Part shown: piece after piece, positions 12,951 to 24,449 of the stretch
How positions within the stretch are numbered: the stretch's first letter is position 1
Layout: each line of letters begins with the position of its first letter
Assembly: GCF_006345805.1 (NCBI RefSeq)
Contig: NC_043007.1
Location: 4,030,001-4,094,000 of the forward strand
Length of the DNA stretch: 64,000 nucleotides
DNA from: Octopus sinensis
Lineage: Eukaryota
Direction of reading: 5' to 3'
Made by a program: the position numbers and the translations under genes
The notes under the pieces: generated by a model
Told to the model about the DNA's origin: nothing
The model's input: the letters and a program-made list of their open reading frames with translations, nothing else
Database searches by the model: none

Positions 12951-13301
12951 TTATTTTTCAAGCACCAGCTGGAGTATTCGAGCGGTTCCAAGCAGTGCTG
13001 TCTTCTGCAAGTGCTCCACCCTTATTGCAGCCCCTATTTGTTCCATGTACTTCTCAAGATTTTTACTCACTGTTCTCAGGGCTCCGACAATTAATGGTAC
13101 TACTATCACCTTTTTCAGTGACCACAACTGCTTAACCTCCCAAGCTAACTTGTGATATCTGTCGACTTTTCTTTCTTCCTTATTGCATGCCTTGTTGTCA
13201 GCTGGGCATGCTATATCTATGATCCAGCACGGTTTGCTTTCTTCCTCAAGTAACACTATGTCTGGTTTCCTATTCTCTATCTCATGGTTGCACTGAACCA
13301 T
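12951..13301 (-). pseudogene. Restriction-enzyme-like endonuclease C-terminus of the Dong element
   Basis: RKPDIVLLEEESKPCWIIDIACPADNK...KYHKL-like segment (VDRYHKLAWEVKQLW). Confidence 0.85.
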
Positions 13302-13346
13302 AAAATCCCGTAGGCTCTTTGCATTATCATTTTTGGCTTTATGTTC

Positions 13347-14335
13347 TTACCACTTTTTTGCTCTATCAAGTCCATACTTGTTGCAAAGTGTCCAATGGAC
13401 AATCCTTGCTATATTGTCATAACATCTCTTATATTCTTTCTGGGCTAGTGGCATACATTGACTGGTAATATGCCATATGGTTAGTAACTTCCTTGTCTTT
13501 CTATCTAAGCTGTTTAGTTCATCTACTGTCCATGCGATTACCCCTGCTCCATATCTAAGTAGTGAAACCACCCAGGTCTTGATAGCTTCAGTCTTATTCC
13601 GTCTGTTTAATTTCAACTTAAGGATCAGTGTCAGTCTGTGCAAGTACTCCACCTTAAATTTTTCTGTCATTTCTTTCTCCATCAATTTATCCATTTCCAG
13701 TATCCCCAAGTACTTATAGCCCATCTCTTCTATCTGCTTCATTACCTCCCCCGACAGTATTGCTAGCCCATCCATACATTTGATTTTGCCTCTCTTTAAG
13801 ACTAACACACCACACTTTTTCAGTTCAAACTCCATTCTGATATCAGCACTAAAAGTATACACCATATTAATGAGGGAATTGACTTGGGATTCATCTTTAT
13901 CATAAAGTTTGAGGTCATCCATGAATAACAAGTGGTTGACTTTTTGTTGGCGGCTTTTGAATACATACCCAGCCTTTGCTTTCCTCAGAATCAGTGTTAG
14001 TGGTATCAAGCGCAGTACAAAGATCAGTGAGGACAGGCAGTCACCTTGGAAGATGCCTCTCCTGATTTCTATTGTCTCTAAACTTCCATATGCTGTCAGT
14101 TCCGTCCTCCACTTTGCCATATTTTTCCAAACAATCACTCAACATTCAATGCAATACCAAATTGGTTCATATATTCCATAATCCAAGAATGTGGGATCAT
14201 ATCATATGCCTTACGATAATCGATCCATGACATGACTAAGTTAGTTTTCCTCCTCTTGTAGTCTCTAAGTACAGTTTTGTCTACCAGGAGTTGATCCTTG
14301 GTACCTCTGCAAGTATTCCAGTCAATAATTTCCAC
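13347..14335 (-). pseudogene. Reverse transcriptase domain of the Dong element (one frameshift near 14135)
   Basis: ORF-track entries 14135..14335 and 13347..14138 carry consecutive RT motifs, including the FMDD catalytic motif. Confidence 0.9.
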
Positions 14336-14789
14336 ATATTGGCCTGTATATGTCTACCGTAAAGCATTTTTTGATGTTGTTCTGGTACAGCACTGTCCTA
14401 CCTAATTTCAACCACTCTGGTATTACTTGGTCGGCATTTAAAAAGGTGATGAGTTGTGTCACCTATTCGAGCATTACATTCTCCAAATCTTTTGATCCAG
14501 TTGCCTTGAACTCCATCTGGTCCTGGGGCCTTCCAGTTGCCCATTTTTTTTTCAGATTTCCTTCACTTCTCTAACTGAAATGACTAGTTCTACCTGTTTT
14601 GGACAGACCACTGTTTGTTTCAGTTCTTGCAACCATTCAGCATCCTTCATGTGCTCCTTGTCTTTGCTCCAGATGTCACTTCAAAACCTTTGACTTTCAA
14701 TGTTATCTTCTATCAACTTTTCATCTGTTTACTCTCCATTTATTTCTTTGTATCATCATCATCATCATCATCATCATAAAGAAATGTAA

Positions 14790-15010
14790 GAAGGTGAATT
14801 GGCAGAACCATCAACATGCCAGGCAAAATGCTTTGGCATTTTGTCCATCCTTACATTCTGAGTTCAAATTCCGCCAAAGTCAACTTTGCCTTTCATTGAT
14901 CCAGGGTCGATGAAATAAGTACCAATTACACACTGGGGTTGATGTAATTGACTAGTCCCCTTCCTGCAAATTTTGGGTCTTGTACCTATAGTAGAAAGGA
15001 TTATTATAAA
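14790..15010 (+). mobile_element. Family C SINE
   Basis: GGTGAATTGGCAGAACC...TTCTGAGTTCAAATTCCGCC...CTTTGCCTTTCATTGATCCAGGGTCGATGAAATAAGTACCA. Confidence 0.8.
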
Positions 15011-17057
15011 GAAGTGTGCATTAGTGGAATTATTAAAATGTCAAAACAAATACCATTTTTTCTGGCTCTTTACATTCTGAATTTAAATCGTGCAACTTCA
15101 TCTTTCATCAAAAATAAAGTACCAGTTATATTTTGAGGTTGCTGGGATTGACTAACACATTACCCTAGATTTCTGGTTTTGTGCCTATATGTAAAATAAT
15201 TATTTTTATGACAGTGGAGTAGCAGAAATTGTAGAGCATAGTGTAAGTGCCTAACACTTTCTAGTTTTGTCATTCTATATTTTGTGTTTAAATCCAATCA
15301 GATTTGATTGCAACTTTCTCTCTTCTACATTCAATAAACTAAGTACAGATTATTTGCAGTACATAGAACACATATGCTACAATGATATTTCAAAAATAAA
15401 TTAAAAAATTGGAGTAAGTGTTGAGAAGAAACAGGCAGATATCTTCTCTGTAAGCTGAATTCACAATTCCATTTCGATTCCTAACTAAAATCAGTTCATT
15501 TCTATTATGCTGTTAATGCCTTTTGAGGAAAAGACCTGCAGCACACAACTTCACAATTCTTTTCTAAAGTATGAGGTCTTTCTGGTTTATCAAAAGAAAT
15601 CAATATTTCTAAATAAATGAATTAAGAATAAAAGAACAACAGAAATAATACTAGGTTCATCACCACTACCACCACATAAAAAAAAAAAAAATCAACTCAT
15701 TATTTTCCTGCAAATAAGAGATAAAAGTTTAGCAGAGAATAAGCAATAATTGAAAGGGATATTTGAGAGAAAAATAATCTAATTGTCTAACACTAATACT
15801 TACAGTTCCAACATTTTTTCCCTGTTATCTAATTTTATTATTTCCCTAAATTAGCTTAATTTAGAATGAAATTAGATAAAATTTATTCTGACATGCTATA
15901 TGATATATATATATATATAATATATATATATATATATCTGATATATATCTGTGTGTTTGTGTATACACACATATAAACTGGGTTTTCTATAAATGTATGT
16001 TTGAGCATATGTGTGTTTATGTAAGAGAGAGCATTGAAATTATGCTTGTTCATTTGTGTATGTGTGGTATATATATACATACATATACATATATATATAT
16101 ATATAATATATATATATATAATATATATATATATATAAATTATTTATATGATACATAAATTTCTCTCTGTTGTCTTTCTCTCTCTCAAATTGACTTACAC
16201 AAACATATATTTATATAAATACAGGTAATTTTTTTTATATGTGCCTCCATGTATGAGTATATATTATATATGCATGCACACATGATATATGTCTGTATAA
16301 TGTGTGTGTGTTATATTTAAAATGTCTATATCTGTGGTTATATATTATAAACTAAGATATTTATATACATACAAATGCACATGCATAGTTTTAAAGCTAT
16401 CACATACATGCACAAACAAACAATTACATGTATATAATTGTGTGTCTATATCCATGTATTTATATGTTTATGTGTGCGAGTGTAATGTTCCCATGTGTAT
16501 GTGTGTGTGTGTATTAAAAATAAACTGCATTCAGAAAAATTTGTGAATGTTTGATATAAAATATATAAAACTATAAAATTGCGTAACAAACCTCACCTGC
16601 ATCAAAAAAGAAAGAAAGGAGAGAAATATTGAAAAAGTAAATGGTAGATAAAATATGTTAAAACTAAATTGAAATGAAATAAAAAACAATAGGTTATCAT
16701 GCTTATCATGATTTAAATGCCCAAATAAACTGAAAATTGCATAACGAAGATATTTTTTTCCCCGTTTATCAATTCAGATCCATTATCTTGGATCCCTTTG
16801 TTTTGTGGTTAACATTGATTGTTGTCCCTTTAACAGGAATTGATATTAACATTTAGCTTTAAGTCTACGATTGACTATTTGCAACTGAAGAGAAATGGAA
16901 GACAAATAAAAGGCAGATACACAGTCATGCATATACACACACACACGCGTGTATGTGTGTGTGTGTATGTGTTTGCTTGTGTGTGCATGTGCATATGTAT
17001 GTGTGTGTGTGTCTCTCTCTCTCTCTATATATATACACTATATGTTACATAGCTACT

Positions 17058-17487
17058 ATGTATATTTCTTTACTCTTTTACTCTTTTACTTGTTTCAGTC
17101 ATTTGACTGTGACCATGCTGGAGCACCGCCTTTAGTCGAGCAAATCGACCCCGGGACTTATTCTTTGTAAGCCCGTACTTATTCTATTGGTCTCTTTTGC
17201 TGAACCGCTAGGTAACGGGGACATAACACACCAGCATCGGTTGTCAAGCAATGCTAGGGGGACAAACACAGACACACAAACACATACACACACATATATA
17301 TATAATATACATACATATAACGACAGGCTTCTTTCAGTTTCCGTCTACCAAATCCACTCACAAGGCTTTGGTTGGCCCGGGGCTATAGCAGAAGACACTT
17401 GCCCAAGATGCCACGCAGTGGGACTGAACCCGGAACCATGTGGTTGGTTATCAAGCTATTTACCACACAGCCACTCCTGCGCCTATA
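17058..17487 (-). mobile_element. Family B SINE, full length
   Basis: Reverse complement of the copy at 27617-28035, from the A/B-box head (…ACCACACAGCCACTCCTGCGCCT) to the (TTTTACTC)n tail. Confidence 0.9.
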
Positions 17488-17527
17488 TGTATATATATTT
17501 AATATATGTGCATGCACATATATACAT

Positions 17528-17760
17528 CATCATTATCATTCAATGTTCATTCTTCTTTGCTTGCATGGCTCAGATGGAATTTGATGAGGCAGATATTCTG
17601 TGGCTGGATGCCCTTCCTTTCACCAATGGTCATCTGTTTCAAAGCAAGTTAATATTTCTTCATGGCCAGACATGTTTTTGCAGAATATTGGAAATGATTG
17701 ACAATGCTTGCATAACAGTGACACTCATTTACAGCTGTCATTCACTTGACAGTACTTGAT
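17528..17760 (-). mobile_element. Second RTE-like tail family (family E)
   Basis: (CAT)n...GGCAGATATTCTGTGGCTGGATGCCCTTCC...GGCCAGACATGTTTT; homologous copies at 38415, 45850 and 58290. Confidence 0.65.
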
Positions 17761-18099
17761 AGTTGCAGATTATTAAATTAATGTGTGTGTGCATGGTCGT
17801 GGTAGGGGGTATTTTAAGTTAATCCATATAGCATGGTGGTTTTGATGTTGGGCTTATGGTTGTGGTTTTGTTTCCTGGACATGGCAGCAAATCAACACTG
17901 GTTTGTGAAGCAGTGGTGAAGGATAAGCAGACACTTGACCAAGGTACAACACAGTGGGACTGAACCTGGAACCTTCTGATTGGGAAGCAAACATCTTACT
18001 ACACAACCACACCAATGCCTGTACACACACACACATACCCAGATACACACACACACACCTATCAGTCTATATCTGTATCTATATATGTACATATATATA

Positions 18100-18178
<79 letters not shown>

Positions 18179-18220
18179 TGTATGTATGTATGTATATCTA
18201 TAAACAAGGAAAATGAAGCG

Positions 18221-18620
18221 AGCAAGTCCTTTTATTACAGTAATTTACAATTGTTTCATTGGAAATTGATCTCATGCATATTGCTATATTATGAATAACA
18301 TTTGAAACTATTCATTCATGAGGTATCTTTGACACAAATCAAAATTTGACTCTTCAGAATCAGGCATAAAAGTTATTTGCTGTAGATACATGAATTATCA
18401 ATAATGTATACCTATATTGAGTTGGGCTTGTTTACATGGTTACATTTACACATTACAAGTCAAACAAAACAAACCCCGATTTGAATTGACCAGTTTAGAC
18501 AAAGGATGACCGGAGAAGAATAAAAAATGTAGAATGAAAGAAAGAGAACGGTAAGTTCTTGTTTCTAGACAATATGATAAAGTATAATCTTGAGTTTCTG
18601 TCTTAAAAAGTACTTTACAG
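18221..18620 (+). repeat. Left arm of a ~400-bp inverted repeat (inverted PLE pseudo-LTR)
   Basis: Reverse complement of 22688-23088. Exact shared blocks include AGCAAGTCCTTTTATTACAGTAATTTACAATTGTTT (36 nt), AATCAAAATTTGACTCTTCAGAATCA and ATATTGAGTTGGGCTTGTTTACATGGTTACATTTACA. Confidence 0.9.
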
Positions 18621-18738
18621 CATCTAAAATTAAACTTACATTATGGTCAGATATACTTGATGTTATCAACTGGTTTTAAAGCTTAGAATAAATTCATACA
18701 ACTTGTGTATGATGCTCCTACTCTTCTGTAAATCCAAT

Positions 18739-19066
18739 CCGGGATCCGGGACCCCCTTCGGTCACAACACTGAGCATGGGATTGCACCTAGAAAGTTACC
18801 CTCCTAGTCACAAATCTGGGCAAGGTGGTTTATGGAAGACCAGCAGTCGCCCATGCATACTGGCCTTCCCTCTCCACGCCACCAGTGTTATCCAAGGGAA
18901 AGACAAAGGTCGATACAGCTTCACACCCGTGACATCGCAACTCATTTCTACAGCTGAGTGAACTGGAGCAACGTGAAATAAAGTGTCTTGCTCAAGAACA
19001 CAACACGCAGCCCGGTCCGGGATTCGAGCTCACAACCTCACGATCGTAAGCTCGACGCTCTAACCA
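18739..19066 (-). mobile_element. Young tRNA-derived SINE (family F), slightly 5'-truncated, with 13-bp TSD
   Basis: AGTGGTTAGAGCG (A box) and GCTCGAATCCC (B box) on the minus strand; CpG-rich; direct repeat CTGTAAATCCAAT at 18726-18738 and 19067-19079. Confidence 0.9.
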
Positions 19067-20669
19067 CTGTAAATCCAATACAGTCAAATAAAACCTTAAT
19101 ATTTGCCATGAAGGAGTCTATTTTATCTGAATCTGATACTGATACTATTTTACATATGTAAAACTTTAATAGACTATAAAGAAACACTCTGGGCCTGCAG
19201 TGATAGAATGAATAATTTTGACTTAACAATGAGGTCTATGGACTTGGCACAAGTTACCGATCTCATTAGAATATACATTCTGTTCCAAATGGAGTCCTCA
19301 TTTTCTAAACTAGTGGTGGGTGGGATCTTTGTAGGTCTGGCACTCTTTTCATTATAAACTGATATGGGAACTAGAGAGAAATAGGAAAAAAAAAAAGAAA
19401 AGAACTATCTAAGTTCCTTAATAACTTTAGGTTATCCATAACAATGGAAAAGAATTACTGACTGGCTAATTTCCTTGATATCTCATTAGACCTGAATGTT
19501 GGTTTATATCACCGTGTCATTAACATATGTTAATAGAAATTCAAATCATTCAAGCTCTGTTATAGATGCAATAGTTAGTAGTGTGTCCCACAGAATATCT
19601 AGACTTTCTGGAAATGAAAACATCGTTAACTCACATGTGGATTATTACAACATCACACTATCTAAGGCTAGGTATAGTTAAAATATCAATTATATTCCTA
19701 TTATTGGATAAAAATGCATCCTGACAGCACTAATATGGAACCAAAAAATAATAATGAATACAAAACCATCAGACTGGAAAGAAACAATGGAAACCAGAAA
19801 GCAATGAGCACGACAGAGTGAAATACAAATATGATGGATTTGATATGAATAGGAATGATAGTAACAAACAGAATAATAACAATTATAGGAATACTGTAAC
19901 TGATAAGGCCATACCAAACAGTAACAGGACTAGTAAAATTTATGAGAATAAGGTAAAGACTGGTGTAAATATTGATCCTACACAATTCCATTGTGTAGAA
20001 GCTTCAATCCCATCTTATAGGAAGAGGAAAGTAAATTTTGGATTCAATGGAAATTCCACCATGCATGAGTATGGATGTTAGAGTGACAGAAATGATCACC
20101 TTAATGATATGTTGGTTAAAAAGGGAATATTTTTGGTATGATCTGGTAGTTGAACTCCACATTTCCTTTAAAGTTGCTCAAGTGTTTTTCAATGCGTTGG
20201 ACAAACATTTCCCTAGATCCAGTAAATATCATCTTCAACAGATACGGTGAAACTGTCTTGTGCAACATCTTATAATGTAGAATATTATATTTTCAAATTG
20301 AATAATAGGAAACTTAACCAGATTTATAACAATTCAAGCAATAATATAGAAACAACCCAACTGAATGTGGATGAATTGAGTAATAATCTGATAGATGACA
20401 GACAAATAACAATGTTGGCTGCTGTCCTCAGTGTGGAATGTAGGGATCCTAGAAATATTACTGCAAATAGTAAGGATTGTGATAATAATCATATTAAGGA
20501 CAGAAATAATAATAATAATCCTAATAGTAATACTTATAATATTAATTGTATTAGGAATACAATAACAGAGGAAAGAAAGAATGGAGAAAAAAGTTAGAGA
20601 AAAATATTACATAGAGCAAGATTGAATGTGTTGTTAGTTTTGTAATACAATGTGGGTAACAATAACAAC

Positions 20670-21122
20670 AACAATCCTTTGCACTATATAGGCACAAGAC
20701 TTGAAATTTTTAGGGAAGTGGGCTAGTTGCTTACACTGACCCCAGTGCTCAACTGGTATTTATTTATTGACCTCCAAAAGAATGAAAGGCAAAGTCAACC
20801 TCAACAGAATTTGAACTCAGAGCATAAAGATGGATGAAACTCTGCTAAGCATGCTGTCAGTTTTACTACCTTGCTACCTCGATGATAATAATAATAATAA
20901 TAATAATGGTTTCAAATATTGGCACATGGCCAGCAATTTCAAGGAGGTGCTAAGTCAATTACATTGACCCCAGTGTACAACTGGTACTTAATCTATTGAC
21001 CCTGAAAGGATGAAAGGCAAAGTCAACCTCAGTGGAATTTGAACTCAGAATGTAAAGATAGATGAAATGCCATGAAGCATTATGCTCGGCGCAGTAATGA
21101 TTCTGTCAGCTCACCACCTGAA
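20670..21122 (-). mobile_element. Two tandem family C SINEs (about 20670-20880 and 20905-21122) nested in PLE 1
   Basis: Both carry the reverse complement of the core, (C)TGGTA(C/T)TT..TTATTGACC..AAAG.ATGAAAGGCAAAGTCAACCTC...ATTTGAACTCAGA, separated by (AAT)n. Confidence 0.85.
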
Positions 21123-21149
21123 TAATAATAGTAATAATAATAATAGTAA

Positions 21150-21570
21150 TAGACTGGACATAATTATAGATAAGTGAATTTGCTAACTAATTCACCCATC
21201 ATGCCTGTTTAATTCCAGGATTGTAAAGAAAGAGAATGGGGGAAAAAAAAATATACAATCCCTGAAAATTTGAAATAGGAAGAATTTGGAGCATGAGAAT
21301 AGTAAAGGTTGTGACTATGATATGTGGTATGTTGGGAACAGTAAGCAAAGATATAGACAAATGGCTGAAGGAGATTGAAATAGAATGCCTGGTAGAGCTC
21401 CTAGAGAAAGTTTGTCTCTTAGGGATAGCAAGGATAATCAAGAGGGTTCTAAGCACTTGGAAGACAACTGAAAACTTATGGATACCTAAGGTTACAAGTA
21501 GTAATCCACTACCCACATAAACCCTACCAGGATAGGAGTAGTTGTATCTAGGAGTAGTTGTAAGATGAAT
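21150..21570 (+). pseudogene. Dong REL C-terminus plus 3' UTR fragment nested in PLE 1
   Basis: VKVVTMICGMLGTVSKDIDKWLKEIEIECLVELLEKVCLLGIARIIKRVL, preceded by (AAT)n. Confidence 0.8.
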
Positions 21571-22687
21571 AACCGTAAGAAGACAGATCTAGTAATGCAA
21601 GAAGTAATGATACTATTAATAATGTTGAAGAATGTAATTTTAGAAATAGAGGAGCCTGTCCTTTGGATAATGACTGCCTCCATAAAAACCTTATATATAA
21701 ATGCTTTGTTTGAACTGAAGGGAAACAAATATAGACATGTTGCTGCAGTGGTGGATTTTTTTCAAATATTGATGGCCTAATCACATAATTATTTTGAAAT
21801 ATAAACAAAAGACATAATAACCGTATCTGGCATTTGATGGAAAGGAAAATTCTATTCAACAATTCCTGGTCTATGGTAAGGACTGCATATCTATACAATA
21901 CAAATTCTAGGTTATGTAATCTTTGTTTTGAAGAGTTATGCATTTTTATTATCTAAAGAAAAAATCTGATTAATAGAACTCTTAGAATATTTTGAGATGC
22001 TACCATAAGTTTGGAAAAAACTTTCAAAAAATGCGAAACAAATGATTTATTTGAGAGATATTAATTATTCTGACCACCACCCAAAACCCATTTTACAAAG
22101 ATTTCTAAACAGGATATCAGGAGCACATGAATCATATATTAAGGAGAAAGCAGTTTCTTGAAACAATACAGACTTTTTAATTCTAGTATCTTTATGAGAG
22201 TGTCTGCTGGGGTGCCAGGATACCTGCATCTATATATTTGTAACTGAATAGTTTATATATTGGGAAATTTGAGTGAATCAATTAGAATGAATGTAAGAAG
22301 GATAGGGAAATTTTTCTTTCTCCCTTTTTTCTTTTTAATTTTTCATCTTTGTGCATAAAAGCACAAGTAAGATTGTGTAGAAATTTATTTACTTAATTTT
22401 TACTTGTTGGTAAGTAGGACATGCCATTAAGCATCAATGGGATCCATTTCTTTTTTGTCTGTCTGTATGTTTGGGCATGTATGTGTGTTTGTGTGTGTGG
22501 CCACTGTATTCTGTGCTAAATGACATCTGACTCCTGGGGTGCCAATATCTGGCTGACTACTATAATGTAACAGACGAAAAGATTTCACTTGATAAAACTA
22601 CAAATGTAAGTCTGCATTTGCTTGACTGAATGGCAGGTGAAAGAAATATACCCCAAGAGTTCTAAAAAAGACTTTGAAGAACATTAC

Positions 22688-23088
22688 TATAAAGTACCTT
22701 TTGAGACAAAAACTGTTAATTTTATTATATTGTCTAAAAACTAGAATTTTCCTTTCCCTTTTCTGCATTTGAGTTTTTCTATTCCCTTTTCAATCCATCC
22801 TTATTCTTGACTGGTCAGATCCAACCAGGGTTTCTTTTGTTTCGTTTGTAATATGTAAATGTAACCATGTAAACAAGCCCAACTCAATATATGTATAACT
22901 TATCGATAATTCATGTTTCTTCTGCAAATAACTTTTATACATGATTCTGAAGAGTCAAATTTTGATTTGAGTTAAAAATACCTCATGAATGAATAGTTTC
23001 ATATGATATGATATTGCATTAAAAGCAATACTCATGTGTTTGATTTCTGACAAAACAATTGTAAATTACTGTAATAAAAGGACTTGCT
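22688..23088 (-). repeat. Right arm of the inverted repeat (3' tail of PLE 1)
   Basis: Reverse complement of 18221-18620. Confidence 0.9.
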
Positions 23089-23327
23089 TACACCATTCAC
23101 CTAGGTTATGACTATAGAAACTCTGTGGATATTTGTGGAGTTTCAGGCATGAGTTTGATGAAACAAACAATCTCCAGATTACTATCTACCTGATAGCCTG
23201 GACCTCTGAATGAACTTAATAGGGTAAACTCCAAGATTAACAGCCAAATGAAATTATATATACATATCTATGTATTTGGGTATGTATATAACTATGTATA
23301 TGCATGTATGTTTATATATATATAATC

Positions 23328-23640
23328 TCATCGTCATGTTTAACGTCCGTTTTCCATGCTGGCATGGGTTGGATGGTTCGACTGGGGTCTGGGAAGCCAG
23401 GAGGCTGCACCAGGCCCCAATCTGATCAGGCAGTGTTTCTACAGCTGGATGCCTTTCCTAATGCCAACCACTCCGAGAGTGTAGTGGGTGCTTTTTATGT
23501 GCCACTGGTACAAGGGGCCAGGGGAGCTGGTATCGACCATGATTGGATGGTGCTTTTTATGTGGCACCGGCACGGAAGCCAGTCATGGTGGCCGTGGCAT
23601 TGGCCACGTTCGGATGGTGCTTTTTATGTACTACCTGCAT
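23328..23640 (-). mobile_element. Family A RTE-type tail repeat
   Basis: CATCGTCATGTTTAACGTCCGTTTTCCATGCTGGCATGGGTTGG... with repeated GGTGCTTTTTATGTG units. Confidence 0.85.
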
Positions 23641-23808
23641 GGGGCTCATATATATTTATGCATGTTTCAGGTTCTATGTGACACTTTGGGCAAGTATCTT
23701 CTGTTTTAACCTTGGGCTAAAGCTTTGTGTGTGGAGTTAGTTGTTAAAAACTGAAGCACTTACATAGCATTACCTGCCACCTTGGGTCTTCTGGATACCA
23801 ATACCCCT

Positions 23809-23857
<49 letters not shown>

Positions 23858-24076
23858 TGTAGAAAACATAACTCCAGAGAAGAAGCACATTCTAAGTTGT
23901 AGAGCAGTTTATATTTTAATAGGAAAGGCTGGTTTATGGGATTACTCTGGGTTTCTCGGCCATAAAGGGTTTAGCTTTATAAAGGTTTTAGGGTCTGACA
24001 ATATGTCATGAAGCTAAACCATTTATGGACAGGAAACCCAGAGTAATCTCACAAACTGACCTTCTCTATTAAAATA

Positions 24077-24126
<50 letters not shown>

Positions 24127-24133
24127 CACACAC

Positions 24134-24179
<46 letters not shown>

Positions 24180-24418
24180 CATATAAATTTAAAATTCTAT
24201 AAAAGTTTTAACACCTTCTCTTCTCCATCTTTAATTGCTTGTTGAGTTTATATAGGATATGTGTTCTATAAATGCTCATAACACACCTTATACTTGTAAC
24301 ATTTTCATATTTAAAAAAAAATACAATAGTAAGCAATCAATTTAATATGAAGAATCTTTATTAGAAAGCTAACTTCGGAACGCACCCAAAGTAAAAAATG
24401 AAATAGAATTCAACCTTT

Positions 24419-24444
<26 letters not shown>

Positions 24445-24449
<5 letters not shown>

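Larger units (their letters stand above)
12871..14745 (-). mobile_element. R4/Dong-clade non-LTR retrotransposon (5'-truncated, internally deleted) with RT and restriction-like endonuclease
   Basis: Encodes [45 protein letters not shown] and YKYLGI (RT motifs), then AQKEYKRCYDNIARIVHW and RKPDIV..IIDIACPAD...VPLIVGALRT...LLGTARIL (PD-(D/E)xK REL). The 3' end abuts an (ATA)n array on the sense strand. Confidence 0.92.
19200..22020 (+). mobile_element. Decayed Penelope-like element 1 (RT thumb, Asn-rich linker, GIY-YIG endonuclease), split by nested insertions
   Basis: DLTMRSMDLAQVTDLIRIYIL; TYVNRNSNHSSSVIDAIVSSVSHRISRLS...YNITLSKARY; FFNALDKHFPRSSKYH..VKLSC; and, after the insertions, EECNFRNRGACPLDNDCLHKNLIYKC and SRLCNLCFEE, all typical of PLE ORFs. 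Confidence 0.8.

Noticed and set aside
18990-19066. tRNA-like A/B boxes here and in other SINE heads (27617, 40332, 41805)
   Set aside because: They are SINE promoters without a complete cloverleaf, so they are not called as tRNA genes.
18221-23088. Interpretation of the inverted arms as TIRs of a 4.9-kb DNA transposon
   Set aside because: No TSD or transposase is evident; the interior is a PLE ORF whose 3' tail is the right arm, which fits inverted pseudo-LTRs better.
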